A stretch of 64,000 nt of DNA from assembly GCA_000092065.1 (NCBI GenBank), contig CP000592.1; one strand, given 5' to 3'. Shown here in pieces: positions 61,685-64,000 of the stretch. The DNA comes from Ostreococcus lucimarinus. Taxonomy: Eukaryota. The position numbers and the translations under genes were made by a program. The notes beneath the pieces were generated by a model that saw nothing but the letters and a program-made list of their open reading frames with translations, made no database searches and had not been told where the DNA came from. Within the stretch, counting starts at the first letter, position 1. Every line of letters starts with the position of its first letter.

Positions 61685-64000
61685 ATGGACGGCGCGCGCG
61701 CCGGCGGCGGCGGCGGCGGCGGCGCCGAGGTCGTCGAGCGATTGCGACGCGCCGTCGAGGCGAGCGCGCGCGCGCGTCGACAGGGCGAGGGCGGATCGCG
61801 CGCGCTGACGGAATCGAGCGCGGCGCGCCTGCGCGCGGTGCGGAGGAAGATGGCGCGCGCGACGGCGGCGCTCGTCGGCGGCGGCTGGGACGCGCGCGCG
61901 CGAGACGACGACGGCGAAGAAGAAGAAGAAGAAGAAGAAGAAGCGTCGGATTCGGCGTCGGATGCGGCGGCGGACGCGGAGGAGAGGTTTCGCGACGTGC
62001 GAGACGCGATCGACGCGCGGTGCGATGCGATCGACGCGGCGGTGATGGAGGCGCGAGGGGACGGGGACGGCGACGGCGACGGCGACTGGGACGAAGGCGC
62101 GGCGACGACGACGGCGACGAAGAGACGAACGACGCGACACGACGCCACGCTCGCGAGACCGCAGGAATCGTTCGAAGACGCGGTGGATAATCGAAGGGAA
62201 AACGTCGCGCACAATGGTTCGCGGAAACCGGTCGGGTACGAGAGTTACGAGGCGTTCGCGACGTTCGCGAAGCGGCGCGACGAGTATCCGGAATTTATTC
62301 TCCGAAGCGGACCGGCGACGCTGCCGACGCCCATGGACGAAGACCACGCGCTCCAAGTCGTGGAGACGGTGGATGCGTTGGAAGAGCTCGCGGCGCACTT
62401 GGAAGAGTGCAAAGAGTTCGCGGTCGATCTCGAGCATCACTCGTATCGGTCGTTTAAGGGATTTACGTGTTTGATGCAAATAAGCACGCGCGAGAGAGAT
62501 TTCGTCGTCGACGTCTTGGCGCTTCGCTCGCACGTGCGCGACGCGCTCGGGAAGGCGTTCGCGGACGCTGATAAGCTCAAAGTGATGCACGGCGCCGATA
62601 ACGACGTGCAGTGGCTTCAAAAAGATTTCGGAATGTTCGTCTCGTGCTTGTTCGACACCGGTCAAGCCGCTCGCGTGCTCGAGTTGCCGAGCAAAGGTTT
62701 GGCGTACCTGCTGCACCACTACTGCGGTATCAAGGCAAACAAGCGGTTTCAGCTCGCTGATTGGCGTCTGCGTCCGCTGACGAAAGAGATGGTGGAGTAC
62801 GCGCGCGGAGACACCCATCACTTGTTGTACGTGCACGACAGGTTGAAGGAGGCGCTTCGCGCGCGCTCGGAAGATTCAATCGCCGAGACGCTCGCGCGCA
62901 GTCGCGACGTGTGCTTTAAACGATACGTCCCGCCCTCGTTTGACGACGGCGCGTATTACGAAGATTTGCTCAAGACGGATAACTTGAAGGAGCTGAGCGA
63001 GCCGCAGTTGGCCGTGTACGCGGCGTTGTTCGACTGGCGCGATCGCGCGGCGCGAGACGCGGACGAAAGTTTGGGGTACGTCTTGCCCCGCGCGCTCATG
63101 CTTCGCTTGGCGCTCACGGTGCCGTCTACAACGCGCGCACTTTTGGCGGAATGTCGCGGCGAAGCACCGCTCGTGGCGAAACATGCCGCGCAAGTGGCGG
63201 ATTTGATTTCTCGCGCGCACGCCGTCGGCGCGCCGAGTTTCAAGCCAAACGGCGCGGAGGCGCCGGAGGGCGCCGTCCCTGAAGTCGTCGTCGCCGCGCG
63301 ACCCGCTGTCGAACGCGACGCGCTCACGAACGAGCTCACGTCGACCGCGGCGGCGCTCCCAGCGCAAGAGCGCGTCTTGGCACCCGTATCCGCGGCGGCG
63401 ACGACGACGAAGCGCAAGCGCGGATCGATGGCGTCGCTCATGGGAGGCGCGAAGTCATCCCACGCGAGCGCGTCGACGATGATTCCGATGGCGCAAATAT
63501 TCGACGTGTGGGGCAACGATGCGGAACCCGCAGTCGCGCCGCCGGTGAACGACTCGACGATCGCCGTGGATGCGGCGACGACGAACGCCGCGTCCAAGGC
63601 GTCTGAACGCGTCGTCGAACGTCGCGCGGCTCGAGAGGAAATCGAGCTTCCGGGAGGCGTTCGCGTTCCGGCACCCTTGCGTAAGGTGGACAAACACTTG
63701 CCATTTGTCATACCCACCAACGAGATGTCGCGCGCGGATGAAGCCGCGAGCGCGCGCGCCGAACTTGCAGCGCGGCGCGCCGAGACGATGCGCGGTTACG
63801 AAAGCACCGATAGCGACGACGATGAAGACGAAATCACAGAGGAGATGAAGAGAGATGCGCAAGATTTTGATTTGGACGCATCACGTAAAACGTTCGCGTC
63901 GCTCGCGAAGGAAAAGTTTGGCATGACCGGCACAGATTTGCTCTTTAAACCGATCGAAGTCGAAAAGAAGCGGGGCTTCAATCAGCGCTTCAAGGCGGCG
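61685..64000 (+). CDS. RRP6: Exosome 3'-5' exoribonuclease RRP6/EXOSC10 (PMC2NT + DEDDy exonuclease + HRDC). Partial: it continues past the window end and is absent from the supplied ORF track.
   Basis: In the frame with no stop through 64000: ATG 61685 (after TGA TGA at 61553-61558). PMC2NT-like N-terminus. Exonuclease motifs FAVDLEHHSYRSFKGFTCLMQISTRERDFVVDVLALR, HGADNDVQWLQKDFG, YARGDTHHLLYVHDRLK. HRDC-like LAVYAALFDWRDRAARDADESLGYVLPRALMLRLA. Poly-G and poly-E tracts. Confidence 0.85.
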   Translation, partial: MDGARAGGGGGGGAEVVERLRRAVEASARARRQGEGGSRALTESSAARLRAVRRKMARATAALVGGGWDARARDDDGEEEEEEEEEASDSASDAAADAEERFRDVRDAIDARCDAIDAAVMEARGDGDGDGDGDWDEGAATTTATKRRTTRHDATLARPQESFEDAVDNRRENVAHNGSRKPVGYESYEAFATFAKRRDEYPEFILRSGPATLPTPMDEDHALQVVETVDALEELAAHLEECKEFAVDLEHHSYRSFKGFTCLMQISTRERDFVVDVLALRSHVRDALGKAFADADKLKVMHGADNDVQWLQKDFGMFVSCLFDTGQAARVLELPSKGLAYLLHHYCGIKANKRFQLADWRLRPLTKEMVEYARGDTHHLLYVHDRLKEALRARSEDSIAETLARSRDVCFKRYVPPSFDDGAYYEDLLKTDNLKELSEPQLAVYAALFDWRDRAARDADESLGYVLPRALMLRLALTVPSTTRALLAECRGEAPLVAKHAAQVADLISRAHAVGAPSFKPNGAEAPEGAVPEVVVAARPAVERDALTNELTSTAAALPAQERVLAPVSAAATTTKRKRGSMASLMGGAKSSHASASTMIPMAQIFDVWGNDAEPAVAPPVNDSTIAVDAATTNAASKASERVVERRAAREEIELPGGVRVPAPLRKVDKHLPFVIPTNEMSRADEAASARAELAARRAETMRGYESTDSDDDEDEITEEMKRDAQDFDLDASRKTFASLAKEKFGMTGTDLLFKPIEVEKKRGFNQRFKAA

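Overview
This window looks like nuclear DNA from a compact, very GC-rich (about 65%) green-lineage eukaryote. Gene content and splice-signal style suggest a Mamiellophyceae-type picoalga such as Micromonas; that identification is inferred from the sequence, not from any search. It is not prokaryotic: there are no operons, CRISPR arrays or prokaryote-type defence systems, and nothing here looks like an undescribed prokaryote-type system. I can support about 37 protein-coding genes on both strands, roughly one per 1.7 kb.

Recognisable genes include a partial ARF GTPase, a PSR1-like MYB-CC factor, a BRCT protein, two tandem TLC-domain paralogs, an aldo-keto reductase, a zf-PARP/H1-like protein, eIF2-beta, eIF4H, a CTD phosphatase, DUS3, XPD, RPL22 and DPY30. 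Also present are PEPC, argininosuccinate lyase, OS-9, an OGT/SPINDLY-like enzyme, Cpn60-alpha, TSR3, eIF4A-III, an SLT-type Na/sulfate transporter, a MORN-containing Mem_trans transporter, cysteine synthase, organellar S16, VPS33 and a partial RRP6. There is one intron-containing tRNA-Arg(TCT) with a Pol III terminator.

The supplied ORF track allows TTG/GTG starts and misses the RRP6 reading frame that runs off the 3' end of the window. Many long Arg/Ala-rich antisense ORFs are GC-composition artefacts.

The main finding is a set of short spliceosomal introns in an otherwise intron-poor locus. They have a GTGCG/GTACG donor, a conserved GACTGACGA branch motif 24-34 nt upstream of a (C)GCAG/TAG acceptor, and hidden micro-exons. 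The micro-exons supply the real start codons or transit peptides of ARF, PSR1-like MYB, RPL22, DPY30 and Cpn60-alpha, and there is a 5'UTR intron in cysteine synthase.

Other notable items are:
- a 2211-aa SNF2 ATPase fused to a PHD-like finger, three SAND domains, Tudor-like domains and a zf-CW finger;
- tandem TLC paralogs;
- a sulfate-transporter / cysteine-synthase neighbourhood;
- two compositionally atypical, AT-richer genes;
- an ATGA-overlapping pair of membrane-protein ORFs;
- a MORN-repeat insertion in an auxin-efflux-carrier-family transporter;
- several coding microsatellites and a 44-bp minisatellite.
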